From assembly GCA_918797485.1 (NCBI GenBank), contig CAKKNE010000002.1:2170001-2234000 (forward strand): a DNA stretch of 64,000 bases. The letters run 5' to 3'. This document shows, piece by piece, positions 21,216 to 32,700 of this stretch. The position numbers and the translations under genes were made by a program. How positions within the stretch are numbered: the first letter of the stretch is position 1; every line of letters starts with the position of its first letter. The notes below the pieces were generated by a model that was not told where the DNA came from, did not search any database, and saw nothing but the letters and a program-made list of their open reading frames with translations. The stretch is from Pelagomonas calceolata (taxonomy: Eukaryota).

Positions 21216-22214
21216 CTAGAGGCCGTCGAAGAAGGTCTCCTTCTTCGCCTTCTTCTTCGGCTTGGCGTCGTCGTCCGAGTCGTCGGAGGAGTCGCTCTCC
21301 TCAGCCAGCATCTGCTTGATGCGGCTGGCGTTTGTCGCGTCGAAGAAGCGCACGACATTGTCGTGGCTCAGCGAGGCCACGAGCTCGTCGCCGGACGTCT
21401 TCGCGAGGACCTCGACGGGGAAGCCGCCGTGGGCGCCGATACCGCCGATGTCCGTCAACGACGCGTCCTCGCCCTCCTCGTAGGCCCGGACGACGCCGTC
21501 GCCGGTGCCCGTCAAGACAACATCCTGGACGGCCACCAAGGCTTCCACCGAGTCGTGCTCCGACGCGATCACCGAAGGTTCCTTGTCCAAGTCCTTGCGG
21601 CTCCAGACCAGCAAGGGACCCGTCGCCGTGCCCGCGACGACGGAATGCGGCGTGACGCAGCACGAGAGCAGCTCGTCCTCGAAGGGGTCCGTTTCCCCGA
21701 TGCTCTTCAAGTTCTTGCGGAGGTCCATCGCCGCTAGTACGCCGTCGGCGCCCGCCGAAACGAGTACCTCGTCTCGGATCGCGCACAGCCCCGAGACGTA
21801 GTCCGCGTGTGGCTGCGTCGAGATGGCCGGACCGCGGTCTCCGCTCAAGCGAGCGTCCCGCAGCGCGATGCGACCGCCGTCGTCGCCGACAGCCAGTAAA
21901 CCTCGCGTGCTCAGCATCGCCGTCACCTTGTCGCCGCGGCCCTTCGCCTTCCAGGCCTTGGCGCCGCCGTTCGTGTCCCAGCAGCAGACCGCGCCGTCGC
22001 CGTAGCCGGCGCAGAGGCCGCCGCCCCACGCGACGGCCGACGCCGCGCCGCGGTCGCCGTGCCAAACACGAGCCAGCGGCTGCGCTTGTTTCGTGCTGTG
22101 GATCTCCACCCTCCCATCGACGCAGCCGACGGCGAAGTGCCGCCTGCTCTCGGGTTGCCATGCCAGGGCGATGGGCTGGGCCTCCAGGGTCTTGGGTTGC
22201 GGGGCTTTAGGCAT
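21216..22214 (-). CDS. WD40-repeat protein (WDR55-like)
   Basis: WD repeats; HADYVS, FEDELLS, SLSHDNVVRF; acidic/basic tail ending FFDGL. Confidence 0.8.
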   Translation of the reverse strand: MPKAPQPKTLEAQPIALAWQPESRRHFAVGCVDGRVEIHSTKQAQPLARVWHGDRGAASAVAWGGGLCAGYGDGAVCCWDTNGGAKAWKAKGRGDKVTAMLSTRGLLAVGDDGGRIALRDARLSGDRGPAISTQPHADYVSGLCAIRDEVLVSAGADGVLAAMDLRKNLKSIGETDPFEDELLSCCVTPHSVVAGTATGPLLVWSRKDLDKEPSVIASEHDSVEALVAVQDVVLTGTGDGVVRAYEEGEDASLTDIGGIGAHGGFPVEVLAKTSGDELVASLSHDNVVRFFDATNASRIKQMLAEESDSSDDSDDDAKPKKKAKKETFFDGL

Positions 22215-22313
22215 GCTTATCGTGCAGCGATTGCAGTGGGCTCTTCGAAAACGTGTCCTGGCGTGCAAATTGAACTGCGTGCGGCAAGCCTGCACGTCGC
22301 GGGGATAGTCGGA

Positions 22314-22337
22314 GCTAGCGGCATGTAAGACACTAGC
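22314..22337 (+). promoter_or_regulatory. 24-bp intergenic element (1 mismatch)
   Basis: gctagcggcatgtaagacactagc in the divergent gap. Confidence 0.75.
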
Positions 22338-22497
22338 ACGAAATCAGGGCAGCTGCCGATTTGTGCGCATTATGCCGTAGCGGTTAACGAGTGCAGCACA
22401 AACTAACACTGCGAGCATACTGGGCAGCTGAGCCAAGTCTTAGCAGCGTTCAGCCACCAGAGAGGGTGACAAGTCAGAGAGAGCGTTTTAAAAATAA

Positions 22498-23373
22498 ATG
22501 GCTGAGCGCAGCGTCCGCGGCAGCGTCGTCAAAGCGATAGCAGCGGAAGCCACGCGCCGCAAGCGCGATGCGGACAGCGCCACCGAAACGCCAGCCGCCG
22601 AGGAAGGACCACGCCGCAGCCGCCCCCGGCGCGCCTGCCGCGACGCTCCTGTCCAGACCCTCGCCGCCGCCGCGCCCGCTGCGGCGGCCGCGTCGCAGCC
22701 GTCGCTCCCGCTGAAGGGCAAGCTCCTGGTCATCCACGCGAACACGAAGACCTATGGCCGCGGCGGCGACACCGCGGCCGCGGGGGACGATCACAGATTA
22801 GTCGCGGCCAAGCGGTCGAACCGCGAAGATTTCAAGTTTGCCGCCAAGGATTATATAGCGATGCGCGACGGCGGCGTCTACTCGGGCGATCCCCGGGAAA
22901 ACAAGCTGCTGCCGCTCCCAAGACCGACGTACACGGAGTTCATCAACCGGGCCCAGCGCGCCAAGGCGTTAGACCGCCTCTTCTTTGTCTTTTGTCCGCC
23001 AGATGCGCCGCGGTTGCCCCGGTTGAACTATCGCGCCTACGAGCGCGTCGTGTATGCTGGTGTGTCGTTCAGGCGCTTTGCCAAAATCTGGCAACCGGAG
23101 CGCCACCATTTCTTCAAGCCCCAATTTCAAGCGAGGGTCATGGCCATGCTCCTCGCGCGGAACCGCGCGCAGCGCTCTGGGTCCGCCTTCGGAGTGCTCC
23201 CGGACGAGCTCCTGCACGACATCCTGGCCTTCGCGTCGAGCAAGAAGGACGCGCGCCGCGACGACTACGACGACCTCGCGACCGTGAATTCGGGCCAGCG
23301 CCACTTGTTCCTGCCGGCGCCGGGGTCGAGCGGCATCCGCGACCATCTCTTCGACGCGGTCTTTGGTCTATAA
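22498..23373 (+). CDS. hypothetical protein with F-box-like motif
   Basis: WQPERHHFFKPQFQARVMAMLL..LPDELLHDILAF. Confidence 0.6.
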   Translation: MAERSVRGSVVKAIAAEATRRKRDADSATETPAAEEGPRRSRPRRACRDAPVQTLAAAAPAAAAASQPSLPLKGKLLVIHANTKTYGRGGDTAAAGDDHRLVAAKRSNREDFKFAAKDYIAMRDGGVYSGDPRENKLLPLPRPTYTEFINRAQRAKALDRLFFVFCPPDAPRLPRLNYRAYERVVYAGVSFRRFAKIWQPERHHFFKPQFQARVMAMLLARNRAQRSGSAFGVLPDELLHDILAFASSKKDARRDDYDDLATVNSGQRHLFLPAPGSSGIRDHLFDAVFGL

Positions 23374-23402
23374 ATTTGTATGCTCTGCTAGAGCTTGGCC
23401 GC

Positions 23403-26400
23403 CTAAGTCCCCTCGGCCGCGAACACGGAGCGGACCTTGGACTGGACCTGCGCGACAGACGATGAGTCGCGTCGATATACGGACGCAGACCGTGACCTTG
23501 ATGATGAGGTCGCGCTCGACGTGGACCGAGAGGCCCAGGTTCAGGCCCTTGCACACGGGCTTCTCGAGGCCCGCGGCAGCGGCGAGCTTGTGGTACTCCT
23601 GCGCCGGGGCGTTGCGTTAGAAAAGTGCTTGAGTCGTTGTAAAGGACGCCGGTCGAGCGCCTCGAGACCGGTCGTCACGAGCGCGGCGGCGAGCTCGGCG
23701 GAGGCGACGGTCGGGGTCACGACATCGATTCCGCGGACCTTGATGCAGCCCTGGTACTTGCCGCTATACTTGCGGACGTAGTGGTAGAGGCCGGTCCCGT
23801 AGAAGAGCGTCGCCGCGACGACCGAGCGACAGGCCTCGAGCACGGACGTCGGCGTGTTGACGGGCAGCGCCTCGCGCCGCGCGACGACGTCGTAGGCGGC
23901 GGCGGCCTGTGCGGCAACGCGGTTCGGTCCCGGACGGTCGACGGAAGCGGACGCCGGGTCGCGCCGCTTGCGGTGTCGCGTAGGCGCCGTTCTTCTTGTG
24001 GGACTTGTCGGTGCCCGTGTTCTCGCTCGTGATCGAGAACGTGTAGACTTGGTTGCCGTCGTCGTCCTTAACGAAGTTGGTGCCACTGGAATTTTGGCCT
24101 TGAGTCCGCGCCTTGAGCACGCCGAAGCCGAGCGCGGTGAGCCCGCCTACCCTCGAGCCGCCCTTGACGCGAGCGTGCTGCGCGCGCGAGATGACGTGGT
24201 GCCGCGTCGGCGTGAGGAGGGCCGCGACCTTGTCGCCGACCGTGCGGTGCGGCTCGTCGTAGGCCGCCAGGAACGACCGCACCTCGGGGTAGGCAGCGAA
24301 GCGGTCGCGTAGGAGCTGGATGGCACTCGCCTGCGCGATTGAGTCGTGAGTCGCGTCAATGGCGTCGGACGCAGGTAGGCGACCTCGTCCGGCGCCAGGA
24401 GCGTCGCTCGCGAGAGGCACAACGCCAAGCGGGCCTTGATGCCGCCGGCGGCCTTGATCTGCTCGGCGCGCGTGGGCAGCTTCGGGCCCTCGTCCATGCG
24501 CGTCAGGGCGGCGGGTACATGCATGTACAGGCGGCCGCCGGGAGAGAAGTAGCAGGCTTGTCCGTGTCGCGCACCCACCTCCCAGTTGTCCGTGTCGTGC
24601 TCGGCCGCCTCGGCTCTGGCCTTGAACTTCGGCATCGCGTTCGTCGCGACGCGCTTCGACTTGGGCGTCAGGAGCGGCTTGAGCGCAAGCGGCTTCTTGG
24701 GCGCCGCGGGCGCCGCGCCGTCGGCCGGCTCGGCCGCGAGGAAGATCGCAAGCGCCTCCGTCTGCGCGGCCGGGGCCGTCGGGTCCCGCACGACCGGTTG
24801 CGACGGCGGTCGCGCTCGCGAGCACGTGTGAGCGATACCGCCGTGGTGGCCCACTCTGCGTAGCGAGTTGCACGCGTCGCACGTCGGATCGAACGCACGC
24901 GCGGGCGCGGCCGGCACGAGCGCGGTCTCCGTCGCGGCGGGCTCGAGCGTCGCGGCCGGGGCCGTCGGCACGAGCGCCGGCGCGCCCGCGTCGACGTCCA
25001 TCGGCTCGGCGTCGTCGTCCTCGTCGCTTTCCTCGACCGCGAAGTCGTCATCGTCCGAATCGTCGTCCGAATCGTCGGTAGACTCGGGAACGGACGCTTC
25101 GATGAACTCGGCCTCGGCTTCGGCGTCGATCTCTTCCGGCTCTTCGATCACCGCGGGCTCGATGACGAGGGGTGCCGCGTCGTCTTCGTTCCAGCGCTCC
25201 TCTTCGAAGCGCGGGTCGGGACGCACCGCGTAGCCGAAGATGGCGTTGAGATCAACCGCTTTGACGGGCCCTCCGGCCAGCTCGGCCGGCAGCTCCATAT
25301 CTTGCTGCTCGCGTAGCAGGCGCGCGTCTAGGGACCAGTCGGCCTCGGCGTCCGAGTCGGAGTCTGAGTCTAAGAGAGAGTCGACCGATTCATCATCAGA
25401 CGAGTCTTCTCCCAACGAAGCCACGCGGCGGCGCGACGGGAAGTCCGTGGCGGCGTCGTCCTCGTCTAAAGCGTCGAACAGACCCCTGGGTAAGAGCAGC
25501 ACGCCGTCCTCGGTCGAGGGCGCGCCGTCGCCGTCGAGCTCGTCGGACATGGGCTGCAGGTGATCTTCGGCCGGCCGCGGCTCGACCAGCATCGGCGCCG
25601 CGCCGCTGTCGTCGTCGACGTCCATGGCGTCGGCCTTGGCCTCGGCCGGTTCCTCGAACCTGCGTGGGACTGAGTGAAGCCGCCGTAAAGTGAAAATTTT
25701 GGCACCGACGCGAGACGTGATGGTCAGCTGCGTGCCGGGCGCCATCGTTGCAATAGCTCGTAAGTGCAAACCCTTGGACCCGTCGGAAGCCGTATGGCGG
25801 ACCACGACACAATTGGCCTCGCCGGGCGGCGCCCGTTTCTTCACTAATTCTCTTCCGACCTACGTGTGGAAACGAGTAAAGCGGCCGTAAAGTAGAACTT
25901 GGGCGTACCTTGCCGGACGGGAGGATCGTGACGATGCGGTCGCGTCGCACCGGCTCCCGCAGCATCAGGGCCTTGCCCCCGACGCTCCCGCCAGCTATCT
26001 CGACCTGCGCGCGGAGGTACGTCAAAACCGAAAATCCCGAGGAGGTGCGCTGACTTCGACGGCGCAGGGCGTCATCACGACCACCGACCCGTTGGGCAGC
26101 CGGAGCTTTTTTTGCCTGCGCGCGAGACCGTCTCGGACGGCCGACGGAAGCAAGGGCGCCGGAGTATACTGCATGTCGAGCTGGGCGATGGCGAAAATGT
26201 TGCCCATGACGCGGACGGCCCGTTCACCTGCGAAAAAGGGATAAAGCAACGGTTCGGCGTCGGACGCTATTCCGCGCCGTGTACGTGGCTCCCGAGCGCC
26301 GGCTTGGCAATCAGTTCAAACCGCAGCTCCGTGCCGACGCGGACGAGCGGAGCGGAGCGCTTGGGCGCCGTGCCACCGATCGTCTTCTGCCCCGTGTAGA

Positions 26401-27217
26401 CAGGGTCGCGGTTCCGCGTCGAGCGCACTGGCCGCCGCCGCGCCGGCTGCGCGGGCTGCTCGGGCGCCGCCGCGCGGCCGCCCGAGGGCGCCCAGTCGGT
26501 CGAGTCGTCCTCGTAGGAGCGCACCTTGTGCGCGGCGACCTCGGGCTCGGCGAGCGCCGGCCGCGTCGGCATGCGCTCGAAGAGCTCGCGGGACGTGACG
26601 GTGTCCTGCATCGCCTGCGACGTGGCGAGTTGATGTTGAATGGAGGATCGAAACACCGCACCTTCTTGGCGAATTTCTCGAAGTCGAACCCTTCGCGCTT
26701 CAGCATCTCGCGGTCCAGCTCGAAAAACCGCGTCGGCAGGTTGCCGCCCTCGCCGAACACGGGCGCCATGTCGTCCTTGCCTATGCGTAGAAACGTTGGA
26801 ACGGGCTGCGCGCGACGACGACCGCGCCGGCTCGCGCATTTGACCAGTTGGAACTGCGCCTGGGCGTAGCGCATGCGCCAGGCGCGCGACTTGTAGGTAA
26901 ACAACGACGTGCCGGCCTTGCGCCAGAAGGGCGTCGAGCCGTCTTCTCCCGTCCTGCGGGCGTCGGCCGAGTGAGGCGCGCGAGAAAAAGGCCCGCGGCG
27001 GCGCGGCGGCGAAGAACACCGATTCGAGTAGCGGACGCCGGTCCATGCGTCTGCGGAGGGGAACGAGGCGTGAGAACGATGACGCGTCGAGCGCGCGGAG
27101 GATGTCGGCCATGCCCCAGGCCCGGCCTTCGCTGCTGGGCCCCCGCTCCACCCGGAAGGTGCAGCCGGTCCAGTCGTCGCGCGCCTCGTTCTTGTGGTTG
27201 TTCTCGTCCGTCGCCAT
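23403..27217 (-). CDS. multi-exon SET-like/AP2-like protein (about 12 short introns)
   Basis: introns 27051-27096, 26954-27019, 26781-26837, 26615-26661, 26228-26277, 26005-26060, 25860-25908, 25660-25716, 24331-24383, 23907-23964, 23599-23660 and 23448-23496 join fragmentary ORFs into one frame ending at TAG 23403; the 5'-most junctions are least certain. Confidence 0.6.
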
Positions 27218-27625
27218 GGTCCTCTGCGCCGCGCTTGCGCCGTAGACGGCCGCCGCCCCAGATCGTTCTGCGCTCTGCGATTTTTTTGATTCGCAAAGGG
27301 GCCTCGCGCCCCCTGGCCGGGTCCGCGGCGCGGGCGCGGCCCGGGAGGGCTCGGGGGCCTTGGGGGAGGCAATACTACGAAGTTCCTAGTCGCTGGAGGC
27401 GTCGGGGACCCGTTGCGCGCGGTGCGCGCGGTGGACACATCGACGCCTTGGGGCCGCTGCAAGTACACGTATCACATTACGGGTGGCGGCGGCGGGAGGT
27501 ACGCGGTGTCGGCGCGCGACAGGGTCACGACGACGGCGTCGACGGCGTCGGCGTCGGAGGGGTTCGCGGCCCGACGGCGAGCACAGGGCACGAGGCACCG
27601 GCCGACGTGGCCCTCCTATGGCTTG

Positions 27626-29314
27626 CTACTCCGACTCCGTCTTCAGGGCCTCCGGCGGGCCGACGCTCGCCGCGGCCGCGTCACACTCGTCGCGGAAGCG
27701 CGCGATGGCCTTGCGGAGCGCGTGGTTCGGCACGACCTCGGTCGACTCCAGTCGCTGATTTGTGAGAGGCGACGTCCCGTGGGCCGCGAACCAGCGCTCG
27801 ATGGCCCGCCGCTCGTAGGAGTGGCCGTCGGGCGCGAGACAAGGATCGACCATGGCGTTCAGTGTGATCGGGCACCGGTACTCGTCGGGCAGGTGCTTGA
27901 CGCGGGGCGCCCGCGTCCGGCCGACGCGCGTCCACGCGTCCCCGGAGCCGTCGCCGTCCCAGCGGTAGACGACAAACTGCTCGTCGTCGGACACGTCCTC
28001 CTCGCGATCCTCAGACGTGTCCGGTGCCGGAACCCGCCGCCGGCGGGCCGCTCGGAAGACGCCAAGCTCGCCCCGGAGGCGCCCCTCGTAGAGCGCGCGG
28101 TCGCTCTCGAGCGGCAGCGCGTCGTCGGCGCCCGTGCGTCGCCGCGCGCGCGCTGCTCGCCGCTCCGCGACGTCGGCGCGCCGCTCTGCCCTGTCGCACC
28201 GGTCTTGCAGCTGCTGCGTAATGGCCGTGAGGTCCTCCGCGCGCCGCGAGAACCGCTGTAGCACCTCGCGCCGTTCGCGCGCGTCCTGCGTCAGCGCCGC
28301 CGCCCGCACCGCGTGCGCCCGCGCCTCCTTCGCCAGGGCTGCGGCCCGCAGCCGCTCCGCCTTCAGGGCCCCGCGCAGCAGCACGACTTCGTCGTCGGAC
28401 TCGTCGTCATCGCGCGAGCGGAACGCGCCTCGTAATAAAGCGCGCTCGACGGCGTCCAGCGCGCCGCGCTCCCTTTCCACATCGGTGTCGTCGCGGCCCG
28501 ACTCGCAGAGCTGGCGCAGACCGCCCAGCATCGCCGAGTACGCGCGCGTGATGCGCGCCTCGACCTCCCGGCATCTCTTGGAATCGCCCTGCGCCATCGC
28601 CGCATCCAAATCACCATCTAATTGGGAAAGGACGGGCGCGCTCGGGCCCCGCGCGCGGTCCAGCGCGCCGGTCAGCGTCTCGACGCGCTGGCGCCGCGGC
28701 ACGGGCGGGCCCTCGTCCGAGCTCGACACCGTCGACGATCGTAAGATAGCTGAGACCTGGGGCATCCTTTGTGGTGGCGGCGGCGTATTTACCGAAGTGG
28801 TCAGCCGGTAGGGCGCCGCCCGAATCGTGCACCGCGCCGGCTCCTGGACCCGGAACCCGTCGAGCGCTCTTGATACACTTTGCGCGGCCTCGTTGGACCC
28901 CGTCTCGACGAAGGCCGCGCTACCATTTCCGTGGGCGAAGGGGCCGCGCACCTCTACGATGGACGCGCCCGCGCGCAGCGACGCGTCCCGCAGGAAGCTG
29001 CGCACGGCCGCGCCGTCGTCGCGCTCGACCTGCGGCAGCGCCGCCACCACCACAACCGCGTCCAAGGAACACCGCGGCGGCGCCTGGGTCCGTCGCAATT
29101 GCGCGTACGCGGCCATGGCGTCGCGCGGCCACGGGAACTCGGCGTCCGTCTCGACGACGGGCCGCGGCCGCCGGATCCAGAGCGACGCCCGTAATGCGTC
29201 GAAGGCCTTTCTCCACGGCCCGGCCGTCTCCAGCTCCGACAGCTCAGCGGACGCGTCGGAGGCGTGGCCGGTGTTCGCGTCGGAGACCTGGCCGCCCGAG
29301 TCGCGTGGCTCCAT
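27626..29314 (-). CDS. U-box protein with RRM-like domain and coiled coil
   Basis: PDEYRCPITLNAMVDPCLAPDGHSYERRAIERWF..SPLTN..PNHALRKAI; SAAFVET RNP1-like motif. Confidence 0.85.
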   Translation of the reverse strand: MEPRDSGGQVSDANTGHASDASAELSELETAGPWRKAFDALRASLWIRRPRPVVETDAEFPWPRDAMAAYAQLRRTQAPPRCSLDAVVVVAALPQVERDDGAAVRSFLRDASLRAGASIVEVRGPFAHGNGSAAFVETGSNEAAQSVSRALDGFRVQEPARCTIRAAPYRLTTSVNTPPPPQRMPQVSAILRSSTVSSSDEGPPVPRRQRVETLTGALDRARGPSAPVLSQLDGDLDAAMAQGDSKRCREVEARITRAYSAMLGGLRQLCESGRDDTDVERERGALDAVERALLRGAFRSRDDDESDDEVVLLRGALKAERLRAAALAKEARAHAVRAAALTQDARERREVLQRFSRRAEDLTAITQQLQDRCDRAERRADVAERRAARARRRTGADDALPLESDRALYEGRLRGELGVFRAARRRRVPAPDTSEDREEDVSDDEQFVVYRWDGDGSGDAWTRVGRTRAPRVKHLPDEYRCPITLNAMVDPCLAPDGHSYERRAIERWFAAHGTSPLTNQRLESTEVVPNHALRKAIARFRDECDAAAASVGPPEALKTESE

Positions 29315-29513
29315 CCTATTCTAGCGTTGTGTCCGCACGGATTAGTTGTGCAGCTCTGGGGCTCTGGTCTCTGAGTCGCTGTGTGCTTGTTGCTGAGGCT
29401 CGAGATTCGCCTCAGGCTGTGCCCTAGGTCAAACGAGTGTGACGGATCGGTCACACGAGGTTGTGGTATATCTATATCAGCGCCCTGGCCCCAAAATCTC
29501 GAGCAAGGCTAAA

Positions 29514-29538
29514 GCTAGCGGCCTGTAAAGACACTAGC
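29514..29538 (+). promoter_or_regulatory. 24-bp element (1-nt insertion)
   Basis: gctagcggcctgtaaagacactagc in the divergent gap. Confidence 0.75.
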
Positions 29539-29799
29539 AAGCAAAAAAACCGGAATCGCGACGCGTCCCAGGCGCCGGGCACTCTTCTTTTGATGCATCC
29601 CACCCCGACGGGACACGTATAGGACGCCGGCCGAAGCGGAGCAGCAAACCAAAACGCAGCGCAGAGAGGGCTGCCTGGTGCGTCGCGCGAGGCACACCGC
29701 TGGTGAAACCAAGCCGCGGGCGCCCACGAGAGATGCTACTCCATCATGAGGCTGCGCGAGCCGTCCGCTTGAACGCATAAAGAGGCTGCCCACAGCACC

Positions 29800-32700
29800 A
29801 TGTCTCTGGCGGCCCCACCGCCGGCCACGCCCGATCATCTCGCCGCTGTGCCGGCCACGCCCGTGCTCGACGAGCCCAGCGCATTACTATCACCAACCGT
29901 GTTGAAGGCGTCGCCCCCGCGGTCGCCGCTGCGGTCGCCCGGCGCGCTCTCGGACCTGTCGCGGAGCCCCGGCAAGCTCATCTCGCCGCGCAAGGCCAAG
30001 CTCGCCCTGAAGACGGCGACTTTTAAGGCGAAGCCGCTTGAGAGTCCGACGGCCATCGAAGATGTGCTACGGAGGTCCAATTTCCTGGGAGACTTCAATT
30101 CTCCTGGTTCAAAATCGACGGCGTCGTCCTTCGACGCGGGGCCCTACAGCCGCAAAAGGTCGATAAGACTCCCCTCGGAGCCAAAAACGAAGCGGTTGAA
30201 GAGGAGGCAGCTGCCCGCGCTTGGGCCTCCACCTGTCGAGAGACGGGCCTCACTGGGAGAACCTCTAGACGTACAAAAACTGAACGAGCAAGCCAGAGAA
30301 GCGTCTACATCAACCTTACCGAAAGATCAGAGAGCCCTCGCGCGCATCCAAACGAGGAAACGCAAGGAAGCTTCCGCGGTCGTCATGTCCCGTAGAAAAG
30401 CTCTACTACCTCATTTAGAAGGCATCACCTACATCCACGACGAGCTCGGCAAAGCGAGAACGTCAGCCCTCGGCAAGTGGTGGCCCGGCGACCCGAAATA
30501 TCTTGTAAAGACCCAGCTAAAGGACTACTTCACAGAGGATACTCGTCTGGACGAGTCCGACCTCAAGCGGAGGCGCGAGACGGCGGAACGGCGCACGTTA
30601 CAAAGTTCGCAGCGGTTGCGGCCCGGTGGTCTGTGGGACTTGCCCGGGACGGCCGACGCGAAAAAGGCGCGGAAAGTGATCGCTGATCTCGATGAAGAAC
30701 AATCAGCATCAACGAGGCAGCGCTTAGATCTATTGGCGGAACCCGTCGACGCCGAATTATTACATGAGTACTCCGAGAAACTACAAAAGAAAATAAAAGC
30801 CCGCGAGGAGGAGGCGGAACGGATACGAATAGGCGCGGCGCCGTCGCCGGACAAGACGTTGCTGGCAACGTCGTCCACGAAAGTTTCGTATGATCGCTTT
30901 TCTCGGTTCGCGCATCGGTGCCGCTTGGCAGCTCTAGACGACTATCCCGTGCGCGACCGAGGCTCGCAGTTCTTACTAAAAACGTTGAGTGATGCCTACG
31001 ACGCCGTCTGGCAGGCGAACGCGGCCGTGACGGCGCCGCCGCCGAGCGACGACCCGAATGTTGATGTGAAGCCTCCGGAAATTCCCGTCGTGCCGGACGT
31101 CGTGGCCGACATGTTCTGGCGGAAGTGCGGCACGCTGGCGCCGCAGCAGGCCCTCGAATTTATCACGGAACTCGAGAAGGCGGAGCGAGCTGGATGTAGA
31201 GAAAGTGCTTTGTTTGCTGGTTTTCTCTCGGAAACGAGAAATGAGGATGGACTCCTCGTACTCTGTCAAGCTCGTAGAGTCGCGATAGGCCTGTATTCGT
31301 TGGATCCGTCCAAACCCACACAACTCATCAGGGACGGCGCCGACGGCCGCTTCGGGCAGAACGGGCTGCTGCCTCAACTCGATCAATGCCCTCTGCTCTC
31401 AGCCCACCCTCTCTACGCGTCGCCAGAATTGAAGGACAAGAAGTCGACGTTGTACGATAGGAACGTCGTCCGCATTTTACTACCGAGGAAGGCCGCTCTG
31501 GAGATCATCAGGGAGTTATGCGGCCAAGAGTCGGGTGCCGCACGCGCAAGACAAGACGAGCTCAACTCGCGAGGCCTCAGCGCAAGAGCAGCGAGGGAAG
31601 CCCAGAAGAAGCGCAAGGGCTCGCAGCTGTCCCAGCAGTCGTCGCGCGTATCGACCGCATCTTGTACGTGGTATTGGGCTGAAGATGACGACAAAATATC
31701 AGAGCACGACCCGTCCGTCGTGAAAGCCCCGAACTGGGTGAAATTTGATGATCAATCGCAACTTACGATCGAGGAGGCTTTCAGTCGAGAAGAAAGATTT
31801 ATTGAAACGCCTCACCATGATGCTATCGTGGACTTCCCGCTCATGGAGCAGATCAACGAGAGCAATGGTTCTAGAAGAGCTGTGCTGAGAGATGTCCACG
31901 AGGAGGAATGCCTCGAGGACGAGTTCCCCGCCGAGCTCGGGGAGCTGGCGGCGAATCCGGAGGCGATCGCTGATGAATTGCTAGAGAAATTGGAGAGAGA
32001 AGCTATCAACAACCAGGAGGTCTTGTTCGATGACGCACCTCCAGATAGTATCCTGGCCTTTCCTGCGGTCTACGGCTCTACCAATAGGGAATACGTTGAC
32101 TTTGGGAGATTACTAGAATCATTGGCGGATTTCATCGAAAACGCCTTGCCCGATGATATCCTCGCTTATGTTAGATTCGACGACGACGGTGAACGACTCA
32201 CACTAGTCCAACAATTAGCGAGCGCCCAGGAGGACGCCGAGAACGCAAGTGACTTGGAGGACGAGGTAAAGGCCGCGCGACGAGCACTTGTCTTAGCTAA
32301 AGTAGCCGCGCAGAAGGTGGCCATGGGCCGGTCTCGGTTGGACAAGATGGAGGCCTCTGGGGATGCGGCGGCCGCGGGAGCGATTGTCGCTTTCCGTACT
32401 AGGTTAATGATCGCGGAAGCGGATGTCGTCAGGGCCCAGAACATCTTGGATGAGCTCGAGGGCAACATGAATAATCTAGTGAACAGGTCGGAAAAGACCT
32501 GGGCGTCACTCATCGAAGCTTCGTCCAACAATGAGAAGGCGCCGACGTCGCCGGCAGCGATGGCGGCTGCAAGACGAAGGAGACTCATCGACGGTGCGCG
32601 TAGGGACATCTCACGCGTCGTCCAAACAAGAAAGGCGCGCTCGAACGCCGCGTCGTCGATAAACACGGCCTGCCGCATGGTCGCGTGTGCGGGCGCTCGG

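Noticed and set aside
23403..27217. Autonomous transposase for the introners
   Set aside because: No DDE or hAT dimerisation motifs and no flanking TIRs were recognised
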